This document shows positions 13,647 through 27,672 of a stretch of 64,000 nt of DNA, one piece after another. The first letter of the stretch is position 1. Every line of letters begins with the position of its first letter. The stretch comes from Isurus oxyrinchus (lineage: Eukaryota). The stretch is from NCBI GenBank assembly GCA_026770705.1, contig JANJGN010000192.1, forward strand, positions 496,001 through 560,000, read 5' to 3'. The position numbers and the translations under genes were made by a program. The notes beneath the pieces are model-generated. The model was not told the origin of the DNA. It ran no database searches and saw only the letters and a list, made by a program, of their open reading frames with translations.

Positions 13647-14533
13647 TGGTGTTGTTGGCCCTGCTGGTGGAGCAGGACATGGCCTGCAATGGTTTCTAGA
13701 ATATTGCAACGATTCAGTGTGTATGATTATGTCAGCCTTTTGCTTGATCAGTTTGTCTGATTGTTCAACCATTCATATCGTGGAAACATTCTCGTGAGTC
13801 TTTTTTGCATTCATGTCTTGGTAATATCATCCACGAACGAACATTGCAAGTCTGTAGAGATGGAGGGACATCACAGAACACGACAGGATTCGAATCATCT
13901 TGATTTTAAAAAGGGTCCCAGTCTGGAATGTTAGCCTAGTGTAACTTCCATTTACGTTTGTGTACGAACACTGTCAGCAATCAAAGAGATTACTCACTAC
14001 CAGCAATAATACAGTAGGTTCAGGAATATTAATACCACAATAGCATCATACGCAATAAAGTTAGAATAGGATCAGCATCAATAAAGCTAAATTTGGGTTG
14101 CTAACAAAAACGTTAGTGTAGCGTTGGCGCCAATAACAGAAATATCTAATTTTAAATATAGAGTGAATGATTACACTGTTCAAAATTTCTGTTGAGCATC
14201 CACCCTCAAATGTTTAACCCAATGTCCAGGAGGAACTTGCACTCAAGAGATTTGGCCTGTGCACATTAAGCATTAACTCTGCGCCTGTAGTACATTCCAT
14301 TTCGTGATTGTAAAGGATGGACGTTCATGAACTGAGATGTGCCATTTCCCAATTGCTGCTCCCGGGTGCGCTGAAGCAGAAAATCTACCAATAATTGTTC
14401 AGTGACTGTAAGTAAAACGATGTTTCATTTTTCCGTGCTCGGGCATCGAGTAACCAAAAAAAAAAAAAAATGCGTTTGTTAATGAGTCTAACATGCACTT
14501 CAGTTGGATGAGAACTCACCTGTTCTTGATAAA

Positions 14534-14603
14534 ATTTTACAAGCGGCAATCCTCCTGATAAAGGACATGTTCTATCCTCTTCTCGCAACCTTTGGTGTTC
14601 CTG
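14534..14603 (+). pseudogene. Orphan first coding exon of a GPR139/142-like GPCR
   Basis: ILQAAILLIKDMFYPLLATFGVP followed by phase-1 donor G|GTCAGT. Matches the family N-terminus/TM1 pattern (Y/FYP.LA.FGVP). ATT sits where ATG is expected, and no intact exon 2 follows. Confidence 0.65.
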
Positions 14604-15774
14604 GTCAGTCGGAGAATCCTGTTGATGAAAAATTGTTCGACTTCATGACAGTTTTGGCCGCTATAAGGTATTTTAATAACTTTCTGATTGCACCGTCATT
14701 ATATAATCACAGAGACTTTGGAGTAAATCACTCATACCAGCAGAACAGCAAATTAGGCGCGGGAGGCGAGGCTCTATGCATTTAATAAAATATGAGCGTC
14801 CTTGAAATTTATTTCATTATCGCAGACTTCTCACTCGCTTTTAAAAATGAGCTGCTCATTAAACGATATCTGGTTGTTTTCCGTTTAGAACCTTGCTAAC
14901 TCTCCTTAACATGGAAATTACTCTGGCGACAGGTGAAGTTTTGGAAAATCATTGAAAGGTAATTTGTAAAACATAAGCTTCAAGAACCAATCATGCGGCT
15001 CCCAGAGCTTCCACTTGCTACAAAGCATTCCCAAAGAATCTCCCAGGTGCCTCAATGTCACCGGAAAATCCCTCTGCCACATTCTGGGATGTATTCCTGA
15101 TTTAGCTTTGCCAAAGAGGAGCGTTAGGTGAAATAGGTGAAAGACTTTCTTATGCACCTTCCGTCCAGGCAGCCTGTTTAAGCGTGAGGTGTTCAAAGTG
15201 CATTTATAAATGATAACGACCAATATCTCATTCAATATTCTTTTCCGAATTGCTGTGTAATTCGTTACTGAAACTTTGCAGAATGAGGAGAAATATAAGC
15301 AAAGCCTAACGGGCCAGCGGCATTACGTGAGTTGCACGAGGCATGGGCAGTGTTGAATAACATTTGGCAGCTCTTTCCGGAAATATAAAGATTCAAATTA
15401 AATATTGGGCAGCTGAAAAAAAACAAATGGTAGGGGAGCAAAATTGGACCGGCGGGTCCACCTCTGATATTGCAGTCAGTGGAACTGAACATCAGGAAGT
15501 CCTGTGAAATGCCTCCAGATCCTCTACCGCTCCTCTGCAGCGGCCTGAGGCAAATTTGTAGCTAATTTTCGAGCTCCTACAATGAAAAGGAGCATAATGT
15601 ACTGGGCCGTTAGTTTACAATAGCAGATAAGAGATTGGGACATGTGGCAAGGAAGACCTTGGCCTTTTAGACCCCCAGCGACTATTCCGCATTATTCTTG
15701 GATGATGTTTAATGCTCCCGTACATTAGGTCATGCGAACACAAAGAAGAAAATAAATACTGTGGATAGTGCAGT

Positions 15775-16075
15775 AAATCTGAAACAAAAAGGACAGATTT
15801 CTGAAACAAAGTAGAAAATGCTGGAAATGGAAACAGGTCAAGCAGCAGATGGTGGGCAGGGGAGCAAGTCAGGAGGGGCATCAATATACATAAAAAAGCC
15901 AACTTCGTGAGACTACATGGTGAGATTATAGGCAAGTTAACAGGTCAGACAAGGAAGAAAAATAAAATACGTTTTGGGTTCTGATGAAATGTTACAGGCT
16001 TGGAGAGTTAACTCTGTTTCTCTTTCTACAGTCACCCCCTGACAGAAATTGCCTTTCCAGCATTTCTGCCATGCC
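15775..16075. mobile_element. Penelope-type inverted-repeat short element
   Basis: agaaaatgctggaaa at the left, tttccagcattttct at the right, and gttaactctgtttctct inside. Confidence 0.55.
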
Positions 16076-16254
16076 TTCAGTATCAAGTACCTATGTTTTG
16101 CAAGGTGTCCGCTGCCCTTCCTATATTCCTCTACAATTCTTGCTTATGACTAACAATAAATACGCCTCCCACTGTGTTGTCCCTGTGCGCTTTACGTGAT
16201 ATTCTACTTTTCAGGCAATGTTTGATACTTCTGCCTTTGTGGTCAACATTTTAT

Positions 16255-17750
16255 TTTTTATTCAATCACGGGATGTGTTATTCCTTCGCTGTGCCAGTAC
16301 TTATTCTCCCACCTCGTTGCCTTTGAAAGGTGGTGGTGACTTGCATTCTTGAAACAGTGAGGTCCATGTGGTGAACGTACAGGCAGAGTGCTGTGAGGGA
16401 GGGAATTATAGAATTTTGAACCAGCGACAGTGATGGAAGAGTGCTTCTTTTCCAAGCAAGGATGTTGAGTGACTTGAAGGGACACTTCCATGTGGTGTTG
16501 TTCCCGTTTAACTGCTGCACTTGTACTTGCAAATGTTAATATTTGTGTGTTTGGGAAGTGTTGTCGAAGGAGCCTTGGTTAATTCCTGTTGTGTATCTTA
16601 TCGATGGCACACGCTGTTATGACTGTGTGTCCTTGGTGGGGGTGGGGGGAGAGTGACTGTTTGCGTGTGTGATGCTAATCAAGGGGAATGCTTTTTCCTG
16701 AATGGTGTCAAGCTCCCTGCCTGTTGTGGGTGCTGCACTCGCCCAGGCAAGTGGGGAGTGTTCCATCACACCCCTTATTTGTGCCTTGTAGATGATGCTT
16801 TGGAAGGCAAGAGGTGAGCTACTGGTAGCACGATTTCTATCCTTGGACCTGCTCTTGTTGCCGCAGTATTTACGTGGCAGGTCCGGTTCCAATCCTGGTC
16901 AATGTTGATAATGGAGGATTCAGTGATGGTAATGGCATTGAACATCAAGTCGCGATGGTTGCATTATCTCTTGTTGGAATTGAGCATTGCCTGCCACTCG
17001 TCAGCCCAAGCCGGAATGTTGTTCATGTTTTGCTGCATTTGGACGTGGATTACTTCAGTACCTGATGTGTCGAGAATGGTGCTGAACATTGTGCAATCAT
17101 TGGCACCATCCCCACTTCTGACTTTACGATTCAAGGAAGATCTTTGAAGAAGCAATTTAAGAAGCTTGGTTCTAGGACACTATCCTAAGGAATTCCTGGG
17201 CTGATGACATGGAGCTGAGATGAGTGACCTCTAACAACCAGAAACATTTTCCTTTGTGTCTGGTAAGACTCCGACCAGAGGTCAGCTTTCCACATGATAA
17301 CCATTGACTCCAATTTTGCCAGTGCTCCTTGACACCACACTCGGGCAAGTGCTGCCTTGTTGTCAAGGGCACTGACACTCACCTCAGCTCAGGAGTTCTA
17401 CTCTCTTGCTTGGTTTTGAAACAAGGGTGCAATGACGGCAGGAGCTGCGTGGCCCAGGCGGAACCCTAACTGCGAATCGGTGAGTAGGTTATTGCTAAAC
17501 AATTTCCACTTGATAGCACTGTTGATGACCCTTCCCGTTGCTTTATTGATGACCAGTGTAGACTGGTGGGGGTCGTGATTAGCTGGGGTGGATTTGCCCT
17601 GCTTTTTGTGTCAAAGACATACCCAGGCAACCTTCCATATAGCTGCGTAGATTGCCGTGTTGTCGCTGTACTGGAACAGCTTTTCTAGACGTCGGACTAT
17701 TTCTTGGGCACAAGAATTCAGTACTAATGCCAGAATATTTTGAAGGCACA
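16255..17750 (-). mobile_element. LINE family A, 3' half (RT to 3' UTR)
   Basis: IIYKAQIRGVMEHSPLAWASAAPTT..LDTIQEKA, NNIPAWADEWQ, and ALDNKAALARVWCQGALAKLESM. Confidence 0.85.
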
Positions 17751-18079
17751 CAATGTTTCGAAAATGCTGTAAAACATTGCATTCAAGAACATCTCCCTCC
17801 TCCCCTCCTCCGCCAACCTTATTTCCACTCGTTTCAGACTGTGGGTAATGTCTGAATCAAAAACAAAATGTGCCGGGAAAACGCAGCAAGATAGATAGCA
17901 TCTGCGGAGAGAAAGGCTTGGTTAACTTTTTGAGTCTTTGTGACTGCAGCTTCAATACTCAAAGGACGGAAACATACATCAGACCAGTTAACCTAATATC
18001 ACTCATTGTGAAACTTCCAGAATGCATTTTTATGGATGAAGAAACAGGAAATGAAGGGAAGAAAACATAATTCAATCAG

Positions 18080-18560
18080 CCAGTGACAGCATGACAGGGA
18101 AATGTGAATGATGCATTTAGTAAAGCTCGATCAGGATGTAACAAAGAGGGTGGCTAATGGATTACTAGCAGATGTAGAGCGTCTGGGCTCCCAAAGCAGA
18201 TTTTGTATGGTACCACATTAAAGCTTAATATATAAAAAGTAGGCAGTGAGGCGGTGAGGATGGGGAAGAGATGATATGTTAGCAATGGAAATGGGCTGAA
18301 CAACTAACAGATCACAAAGACTTGTGATAAATGGACCAATTTCAGGATCACAAATTGCACATACTGGAGGGCCACGGGAATACCTGCAGGGTCTTCACTA
18401 TTTACGATTGGTCTTAATCAATTCGATGAAGGATCAGACTTGGTTCGAGCTAAATTCGTTAACATACAAAGGTAGATAGGTTATTAAGTTGTGGGGACGA
18501 TGCAACGGGTCTGAAAAGGGGTTTTAATCGCTTCATTGCGTTGGGAAACAATTGACAGAT
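18080..18560 (+). mobile_element. CR1 RT fragment
   Basis: Degenerate DFQKAFD.VPH, WL.NR.Q.V.ING, TGGP.G and KF..DTK nucleotide blocks. Confidence 0.6.
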
Positions 18561-18619
18561 TAAAGACAACATGCAGAATTCCGACTGTCAGGAAGAGAAG
18601 AAAAGAAGACGATATAAAT

Positions 18620-18860
18620 GGATACCAAAAGAATAAGTGCTGGAAAAGTCAACACTACTGACATCAACTGTGAAGTGAACGGCAGAGCTAACGTTTCAGC
18701 TCCATATGACTCTTCCTCAGAACGTTCTGAGTAAGTCATATGGTGTCTAAAAGTTAACCCTGCCTTTCTCTCCATAGATGCTGTCAGAAATGCTGAGTTT
18801 TTTCACCACTGATTGTTTTTGTTTCATATTTCCAGCCTCTGTACTGTTTTTCCTTTATCT
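18620..18860. mobile_element. Penelope-type imperfect palindromic element
   Basis: Centre ccatatgactcttcctcagaac|gttctgagtaagtcatatgg, with arms gctggaaaagtcaac... and ...gctgagtttttt. Confidence 0.65.
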
Positions 18861-18869
18861 TAAGATCAT

Positions 18870-20600
18870 TGCCTCCCGCTCAGCACTGCACCTAGACCAA
18901 CTGAACATTTGTGTAGCATTTCTATCTTACTCCGCTATTTTTGTGATTCTCACAATTTGGAATGTTTCCGCCAATGAGCCTTCTTGCTTTAAAAGGGTTA
19001 ACATCACAATTTCCAACAACAAACATCATATGGAATTGTTTACCCATTCGCAAGATCCATCTCTGTGGGTTTTGATCTTCCCTCTCCAATTCCTACAATT
19101 CAACACACCGCCGAAGTAAACACAATCAGCAAGGGTCAGTGCAGATAGTCGGAAACAACAATCCTCACCTCCCAAGCCACGGGTTAGGAGCAAACAGTTG
19201 GAGTAAATTAGGTGATTTGATAAATGAAGCCAAAGGGACGCTGCTGATCTGCCTATAAAGGAAATGTGCTGTCGAGGATGGATTAGCAAACAAGGGAATG
19301 AAAGCAAAAAGTGATTGCAATGCCTCATGTCAGGTGGCGAAGGCAGCTATTGGAAGAATGATTATTCCAGCTGGATGTCTCAATCGGTAAAACTTAACAT
19401 ATGTAATATGCGGGTCTACTGTTCGAGTCCAGGTTTGGACAGTACATTTTGACTCGAGGTGTTTTCCCCCCTGTAAAGCAACAGGAAATACAGGAGTCAG
19501 GGATGTTGAGTTCTTCAAGCGAGCAGAACAGACAGATATGTCTATTCGATTGGCAAAAACATAGTGTCTTCTAGAATTTATTGTAGATTCGATCAACTTT
19601 TAAAAATTCTTTCTAAATTTCCAGCTGCCCTCATTGTGAAAAAAGCTTCCTGATTTACTTATTTATTTATTTATTAATCTTTGTTGGCTTAGACCTCATC
19701 TCTCTGCATCCGTGTCAACAACATGACTTGAATTAGCCCCATTTTTTCCTCCAGGGAAAGCGATTTCTCCCTTTATAACCTAACACGTGGTTTAAATGGA
19801 ATAGAAAATTAGATTAGATCACCCTTCATTTTATTTCTAAAGAGACTAGAAACAGGGTAAAGACCTGAAAAGAAAAACAATGCACGGGAGAAGGCGGGGG
19901 ATTGACAATGGTTGCATTTCTCCATAAGAGAAACAGAACAGACAGGACAGGACGAATGGTTTCATTTTGTGCTGTATCCATTATATGATGATACCTTTCT
20001 ACGATTATCAAAACTAAATTCGTAAAGTAAACGATTGCAATCCGAAATCCCATTGGTGAATCAGCAGTTTTCTTTTTGCATTCTGGTGCAAATAGGGTGA
20101 TTCCTTCGAGTATTATCTACAAGAACACGAGAAAGAGAAATTTGTGCCTCATGAATTTAAAGGCTTCACGACCATTCCAGCTGAACCTTTTTTCCACAAT
20201 TGCAGCTTCGTGAAAATTTTCATTTCCCCCTGTCCTACATCACAATCACAGATAAAGAATTCCCAAAGTTTCAAGCCATAGAAGAGGTGAACAACTATGC
20301 ACATTGCAAAATATTGGAAAACAATATGGAAAACAGCATGCTTTAAGCCTCTCCGCTAGTTGCATGGATCTGTTTTCTAATTTAAGCTACAAACTCAGGT
20401 CAGCTGTGTAAACATTGATTGTAAGGATTGTTAACTCGGGTATGAAAATCTTGAAATGGAGATTAAAGATGGTGTTATTTGTGCATGCATACTAGCTGTT
20501 TGTGAGCCCTCGTCCTGGAGATCGAAACCAATTTGCTTTTCCACAGCCCCTTGTTTCTCACCACCTAGAAAATACACTCATTTCACAAATGGTACCTGAA
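18870..20600 (+). repeat. Diverged copy of the ~2.2-kb tRNA cassette
   Basis: aatgaagccaaagggacgctgctgatctgc (19224) matches 28851 and 32048. cccattggtgaatcagc matches ~29633 and ~32841. Confidence 0.7.
19369..19441 (+). pseudogene. tRNA-Lys(TTT)-derived pseudogene
   Basis: gctggatgtctcaatcggtaaaac...taatatgcgggtctactgttcgagtccaggtttggac aligns with vertebrate tRNA-Lys-TTT. It occupies the same cassette position as 28976 and 32172. Confidence 0.6.
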
Positions 20601-21272
20601 ATATATATTCCTTGTGTACTCTCATATACTTACTGACTGGCTCTGCATTTACTGTCCAATGTCTTGCCATTCTGTCTCCTGTGTTCTGTGTACACACAAA
20701 GTCCAAGGGAGCAGTTCCTTTCGAACCATCCTATCGAATCCACAATCGCTATTCCTGGTAGTTCCTCAAAACTAAATTGCAGAAAGAACACGGAACATGA
20801 TAGTAGAATATAATTAGATTATCTCTGTGTTTCTGTCAACAAAATATTCATTTGCTGTTGCACCTTTAAGGCAGCTATTGCGACACCTCCGAGTTGAGTT
20901 ACAGCAGGTTCTGAATGTCCGAATATTTATCATTAACATTGTGATGTTTGAAATTGGTTTTTATGTTTATGGGTGTGCTCGTTCTGAATGAATGTGTGTG
21001 TGTGACTGTTTTATCTCTCAAAGTATTTGTGAATATCCGCGTTGTGTGTAAATATATTTAGGAATCATTGGGAAAAGGAAAGAAACAGACAGAAAAAATA
21101 TTTCTGCATCAAACCAAGTTCAGAAGACAAATCGAAAATACAGCTCTGCAACCAGCAGAAGGATGACACGCATTTATTTTCAGCACAAGAAGTCAAGATC
21201 ATACGAAAGAGAGACACTTAATGAGAATTGTTTTGGACGGTGATCAGTCTGGTTTATATACTGCTAAACTGC

Positions 21273-21350
21273 ATAGTTGTGGCCGAGTGCGGAAAGCAAA
21301 TACAAATGCATTAGCGTGCCTTTGAGCAGATTCAAATCCTTGCGACTACG
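21273..21350 (+). pseudogene. tRNA-Ser-derived pseudogene
   Basis: atagttgtggccgagtg...aaatgcatt...gcagattcaaatccttgcgactacg vs canonical GTAGTCGTGGCCGAGTGG...AAATCCATT...GCAGGTTCGAATCCTGCCGACTACG. Anticodon arm damaged. Confidence 0.75.
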
Positions 21351-21639
21351 CAAATTCTGTTCTTCGTTCAGTTTCAAAATTTGACCAATTTCCTTAGAGA
21401 TGAGTTCTGCCTTATGCGGTATCATATCGCAAAACTTTTCAACAACAGAAGTCGCTTTCCTCATTCTTAATCATCCCCGTGTGCTCACGAATTTTCTGTC
21501 ATGAATACCACAAATATCAGCTAAATTAATGCCACCCTTCTTTTTCTCCCTCTCTCACATTGTCACTGTCACTTTAAGCTTAATTAGATGTGCCCAACGG
21601 TATGTGCAGGCCAATTTTCCGTGCGCTTGTATTTGTGCA

Positions 21640-22200
21640 TGTGTGCGTTGTTTTTGTTAATTGCTCCCGCGTTGTTCTTGTTTATTGTGGTTTTCTAAGA
21701 TGCTCGTCTGCAAAGGCTTTTACAATTTCTATCTAAAATTATTCACGAAAATATCTTCTGACACCTATTTATGTCAAGCCTTCCAGATCCCACCAACTCC
21801 GAGTGGAAATGTCTCGGCTCCCGTCATCTGCATAACTTTTGTCAACGAATTTGAATCCATGACCTTTAGTTATTGATGTACACACAGAGGGGATTTTTTC
21901 CTTGTTTACCCTCCCCAAATCTCGCATGATGTGGAAAACCACTATTTGGTGATTTTTCAAAATGTTTTGTCCAAAGTATAACAACCCGGGGTTGTCCAAC
22001 AACACCTCATAATATAACAATTTCATCCTTGAAAACGCCCCAGTGAACGTTCTCGAGCCCCTTTCTGATGCCTTGCTGAAGAGTGGTGAACAAAACTAAC
22101 AAGATTGCTTACGAATGTGTAAATGCAGAACTTCAAGTTCTAGCATGACCCCAGTGGCTTAACATGCTCTTTCTCCATTTAGAAACCAAAATATTCAATA
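21640..22200 (-). mobile_element. CR1 3' fragment
   Basis: PGLLY...HQIVVFHIMRDLGRVNKEK...TKGHGFK, the CR1 ORF2 C-terminal pattern. Confidence 0.65.
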
Positions 22201-23019
22201 TGCTTATTGAGCTACATTATGAGCGTTGTGTATATGGAGGGAAATGTCTCACTGCCCATCCACACTTTACAAAAACCTCGCTTTTACAGTGTAGCGACTT
22301 TCCATATTGGTCCTCCAAAAGTTCGTAATAACATTGCTTACTTCCTCGTATTGAAATCTATCTCCACTTTAAACGTGTTTTATTATGTGTGCGTCTTACT
22401 TCCTGAACTATTTTCTGAGCGTGTCATTGTTCCTCTGGAAGTCTTTCTCTTTGCCATGTCCAACTAATGAAGCAAAAATATTGCGACGCATGTCTCTGCC
22501 CGTCATTCTCTACCTTTTGAATGTCTGTCTGTTTGTCTCTCAGTTTCCCTCTCTTTGATCTCTATGTGCAACATTTTCATTTTCCCATCAGACTGATGGA
22601 TAGACGCAGGGCTATTCTCATATCCTCTTATCCCCTCAGTATTAAATAATATATTGATCTCAGGTTTAAATATTTTGAGCTCTCCCAATCCCCTGTGTTA
22701 GGGTACTTCAAAGATTCATAAACATTTGTTGAATAGGTTTCTCCTCATCACTGATTACACTAAGATCCAGAGAGTTTACAGTAATCTTGCTGAATCTCTG
22801 CTTTGAATATTGGCATGAATCTAGGGACCAAGCTATAATTAAAACATAGGACTTTCAGCCTTTAGAAAATGCTGGCTTCACTCAGCAGCTCAGACAACAC
22901 CTTTGGTTTACAGAGCTGAAAGATTGAGATTTTCTCTCTCCCAGGAAGCAGTAGTGTCTGGAGAGCATAACAGGAATTTCTGTTGTTACTTCAGATTTCC
23001 AATATGTGCATTTGCTACG

Positions 23020-24170
23020 AACATAGGAAATAGGAGCAGAAGTAAATCAAATGGATCTTCGAGTCTGTTCCTCCGTTCACCAAGATCGTGGATGATATGT
23101 TTGTATTTCGCATTCCACATTCCCATCTGCGCCGAGAGCCTTTGAAACTTTTGCCTCACAAGAACTTATTTACCTGTATTTTTTTAAATTTTAAATGACA
23201 GCACCTCCATTGCTTTCTGAGGCCGAATGTTCTGAAGTCGCATAGTCACCTGAGAGAAAAAAAAACATCTCATTTCCACTGTCCTACAAGGAACACACGC
23301 AGTCTGTCCGACCAATGCTCATAAGGCACCCGCTCATTCCAGGTATCAACCCAGTAAACCCGCTCTGAACCGCCTCAAACTCACTTACATCCTTCCTAAA
23401 GTAAAGGGAAAAAAAGGCATACAGTTCTCCAGATTTGGAGTCATGATTACCCTGTATTACTGAAGCTTAACAGCCTTTCTTTTGTCTCCAATTCCTCTAG
23501 AAATAAAGGATAGCATTGCATTCGACTTCTACATTACGTGCTGTACCTGCATAATAACTTTTTGTGACTCATGAACCAAGGCACCTAGATCCCCCTGCAG
23601 CTTGGAACTCTGCAGTCGTTCTCTGTGTAATTAATAATTTGTTTCTTTTTATTATTATTTTCCCTACCAAATTGAACATCTTCATATGTTCCAAAATAAT
23701 TATCCATCTGTAGGTTTTTGCCCAAAAACTCAATCCATATATTTCTATTTGCATGTTCCTTTTGCAATCTTCAGAACTTTCCCAACTTTATCTGTGCCAA
23801 CTGAAAAAAATTCCATCATGACTTAAATCTCCTCATCTAAGCGATTGATATAAATTGTAAAAAATCATGACCCCAGCACCTAACCCTATCCAGTCGTATT
23901 TCCTGCCAATCAGACAAAGACCCACATATGCATACTCTGTTTTCTGTCAGCCAGCCAGCCTTCTCTCCATGCCAATATCTTACCCCTATACCATGAACAT
24001 TTATTTTCTGCAATAACCTTCGATGTGGCAGCTTGTCTAAGGCCTTTTGAAAATCGAAGTATATTAAGCATACGTGCTCCCCTTCATCCATAACACATGC
24101 TTATCCTTCAAAAAACTCTAATAACTTGGTTAAACATGATTTCCCTTTCGAAAAACCATGCTGAGTCTTG
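23020..24170 (-). mobile_element. CR1 fragment (RT to 3' tail, internally deleted)
   Basis: DEGEHVCLIYFDFQKALDKLPHRRLLQKI, and a tail aacataggaaataggagcagaagta at ~23020. Confidence 0.8.
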
Positions 24171-24879
24171 CTTTCGCATGAGGCTAGTGAACACGTGTTA
24201 TATCATCTCTACCGGATGCGTTTCCTCTTTCAGAGAGGGACTCCATACTGACAATTATTCATTTTGTTCAGGTCCCTTACAACAAATGTTGTCCAGAAGA
24301 AAGGGAAAGATGCCGATGTGAACATCCTGCAACTCCATCACTCACTGCACTCTGAGTGCACCTACACCACATGGACTTTAGCAGTTCAAGAAGGCAGCAC
24401 ATCACCAAGTTCTCGAGCGTAATTTAGGAGCAGCTGTAAATGCTGGCCTAGCCAGCGACGCTCACATCCCATAAATGAAAAATAAATCATACCGACCTGG
24501 GGTGCAAAATGAGCAATATGATTGTGGTGATTATTTTTTTAAGACAGGCAGTGCTGGATGCATGTAATAGAGCACCCAGCAGAGTCATGAAATACATCAA
24601 ACAAAGCGAAAAGGACATCAACATGTGAACTGGTCGGTTACATTGTATTTGCAATGTTCGCTGAAGTTAAAAAAGTGCATTTTACAAAAAAAAACATAAA
24701 CTGTTTGATCATATTTACCGGTGAATTTCAATTCCCATGACAGCAGGTGGAATAAAATGTTTGTCAAGTGAGAAAGAGCCTTTTGCGTGTCATGAACATT
24801 CAGAACATCCACGCGATGCAAACGGCTAATTTCCGGGCCTTGGGTGAAAGAAATTGTTCATGGACACAGCAAAAAGTAA

Positions 24880-26250
24880 AATTACACAGAACGTCGCTCT
24901 ACGAGGAGTAAAAAAGCCTCGCATTTCCTCTTAAAATAGAGACCTCTCCTTTTTCTACACTGTCCCTTACTTCTCGACTCCATCCGATCATGTCCCTTCG
25001 GGACCGGATATGATTCAGGAAGGTCTCCTCGCTTTCTTCTCAACTCCAATGGAAACAGGACCAAGCTGCATAAATAAGTTAAACCCATCATCCTCGCAAA
25101 GAATTGACTGACCTTTCTTTGCAATGCTTCTTATGCATTTGGTATGACAGGTGATGTATGCCAGGTGGACCAAATGCACAAGGGAAACTTAGCCATTTAT
25201 CACAAAAGTTCAGGCAATTTGTATTTTTTCCAAGAAGGCTTTTGCACTGAACTCCGAGGCATTGAATCCAATAACACCTTAAGGGATTTTTAATTATCGT
25301 AAAATGTTTATTAACAGAAGGAAAAAAAAAGGTAAATACACACAATATTTAAGTTACACGGTTATTTAGGCGTAGCATTTCCCAAAATTCTTAGTTAAAC
25401 AGGTTGCCAACTCCACTCCCCCTATAAGACAGCAGCCTAAAATAGATTTGAAGCTACAAAATCAATGATGCAAAGATACCACACCAAGTATTCGACATTG
25501 GATTACCAAAGCCTTTAAACGCAACTCTTTGTATTTGTATAAATAGCAAACGTCTGCTAAAGTGACTGTTTCCCAAGGAGTGCTTCATATAGTGTACCTT
25601 TGAATCTGACATGGCAATGCTCTCTATACAGTATTTCATCCGTTTGTATATACGTTTCTCTCATTCTAATCTCTAAATGCCATTGTTCTACAGGACTTTG
25701 AAAGTTTAATTTTCTCGTTTTGTAAAAATCAGTCAGAAAGTCAATAAAGTCCGTTTCCTTTTAGGAAAAATAAACATAATAACCTTCCCCTGTCTATCTT
25801 GTTAGTTGCAAAAATGCTACTATCCATTTGATACCCAACCAACTTCCACTTATCTGAAGATGCAAATTTCCTTCACACCCTGCACCTCATCCATATTTAC
25901 TTATTAGCATTTCAGATGTCTTCCTGCTCTTAATTTATTTCGATAATTTCAAACCTGCAGTCTATCTGACTCTAATTCAATTACTTCATTCACTTAGGCA
26001 GGAACACCCACATTCACACATATAAGCCGACAATAATATTACGAAAAATATTATCGTTTCATGACGATTTTTTTAAAATATGGTGACCAACACTGTACAC
26101 AGTTTTCCAGATGTTTGCTCACTAATCTTCTGTACAGCTGCACTAAAAGTTCCATTCTCCCTCAATAAAAGCCACCATTTAATTTGCCTTCCTAATCACT
26201 TGCTGGACCTTGTATGCAAGCTACTTTAATGATTTATGAACTAGGACCTC
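24880..26250 (-). mobile_element. CR1 3' fragment interrupted by an LTR-like insertion
   Basis: LFPLELRRKRGDL at 24882-25124. The CR1 resumes at ~26070 (tatggtgaccaacactgtacacag). Confidence 0.7.
25155..26066. mobile_element. LTR-like element nested in CR1
   Basis: Begins tgtatgccaggtggaccaaatgcacaagggaaactt, similar to 9021 tgtaaccgcggaccaaatccacgatggaatctt. Shares the taagacagcagcctaaaatagattt block. Confidence 0.55.
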
Positions 26251-27557
26251 TGGAGCGGATATGATCAGTTGAGGAAACTATTTCCGCTTGCTTGGAATTT
26301 GGGAATAAGGAACACAGCACAACAAATAGACAGATTTCAACGTTGAAATTAGGAAACAATAGAGACAGAAAGGGTGCTGGAAGTTCAGAGCTCCGTTCTG
26401 TACATATTAATTGGAGGCTTTATTTTAAAGCTGCGATCGATAATGTTTTATTAGAAAATATATTGACCTACATGGCAAAAGCGATTTGGCTCCCAATTTG
26501 CCATGATATCTTTTAATAATAGAACAGAACCTAGGGAATAAATGGCCTCACCAAAATCAAAGCTTATGGAAAAGTGGATCATCTTTTGACTCAGGACGCT
26601 TCAGTCCCTGAACTCAAAAATGAGTTCATCAATTTAAGTTCTTAATATCCTTCTTTATCTTCTTTCTTGTCTATTTCCTTTGTGGGCTGCGTTCGGTTTC
26701 CTTTATTTAATTGTTCCTTCAATGTTGCCTTTGGACGACTTCTATGCAGCTTTTCATAACCTCACTTAGACACGTATTGTGTTCATTTGAAGACAGTGCA
26801 TTTTAGACTGTATTGTAAGGGGGTCTGAGTTCAAGAATTAGTAAGTCTTGCTAAAAAACAAAGGGCTTTGGTGACATCATACCTCTAATATTATTTGCAG
26901 TTTTGATCTGCATCTTTAAGGAAGGATACTAGTGATTTGGAGGCGGCACAGAGAATCTTCACTGATTCGTCCCCAGGATGAGGGGACAGTCCTATGATGA
27001 GACACTGAGTACAATGGAGAAGCATTCTGGCTCTGCCACGTGGTTATTACTTATGTTACTTTCCGGAACCACCAAAACAACCACCTATCATGCTCCCGGC
27101 TTAATTTCCATGGCTATTGATCCTGGCATGAGGCTCAACATTTATTTGCACTATCACTGTGCAGATTAAGCCATTCCCAGTTAGCTCGCAGGGACATGGT
27201 AATTTTAGCTATAAAAGTCCACTTAAGGGAAAACCTGGATTGTTCTATAAATTGAACATTCTTAGAAGGCAATAAGCAACGGATTGATAAATGTTTCATC
27301 AAGTATTCAGCGCTAAAGCCATCCCACAACTGGGCTGGTGCTATGAGATGTCATTTTGATAAATTACACCCGCAGCCACATGGAACAGATAGATGGATGC
27401 TGTCATTTAGTTCCCTGGTTTTATGTGGCGGGAGGGGAGGGGGGTCGCGGGAGCAGCATCAGAGGTTAGCAGTATTGTATATAAATTCCAAATCTTTACT
27501 GGAAAGATAGGAATTTTTATAAAAGGGCTTGCACAGGAAAAAAGTACTCCTGTGTAA

Positions 27558-27644
27558 AACCTGTGCTCCATCCGCTTAAAGCGGGTCACCATCTTGCCGA
27601 AAGATATCCAGCTGTCCCGCCGCATCCGCGGGGACCGACCCTAA
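27558..27644 (+). pseudogene. Replication-dependent histone H3 3'-terminal fragment
   Basis: NLCSI./KRVTILPKDIQLSRRIRGDRP* vs H3 [28 protein letters not shown]. Frameshifted and 5' part absent. Confidence 0.88.
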
Positions 27645-27672
27645 AACTGGTTTCAGCACTATATCTAACAAC

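Noticed and set aside
13323-13797. ORFs of 87-154 aa
   Set aside because: They are open only because they span the N gap.
13875-13950. Minus-strand B-box-like ATTCGAATCC, possible tRNA relic
   Set aside because: No convincing A box or stems, and no isotype can be assigned.
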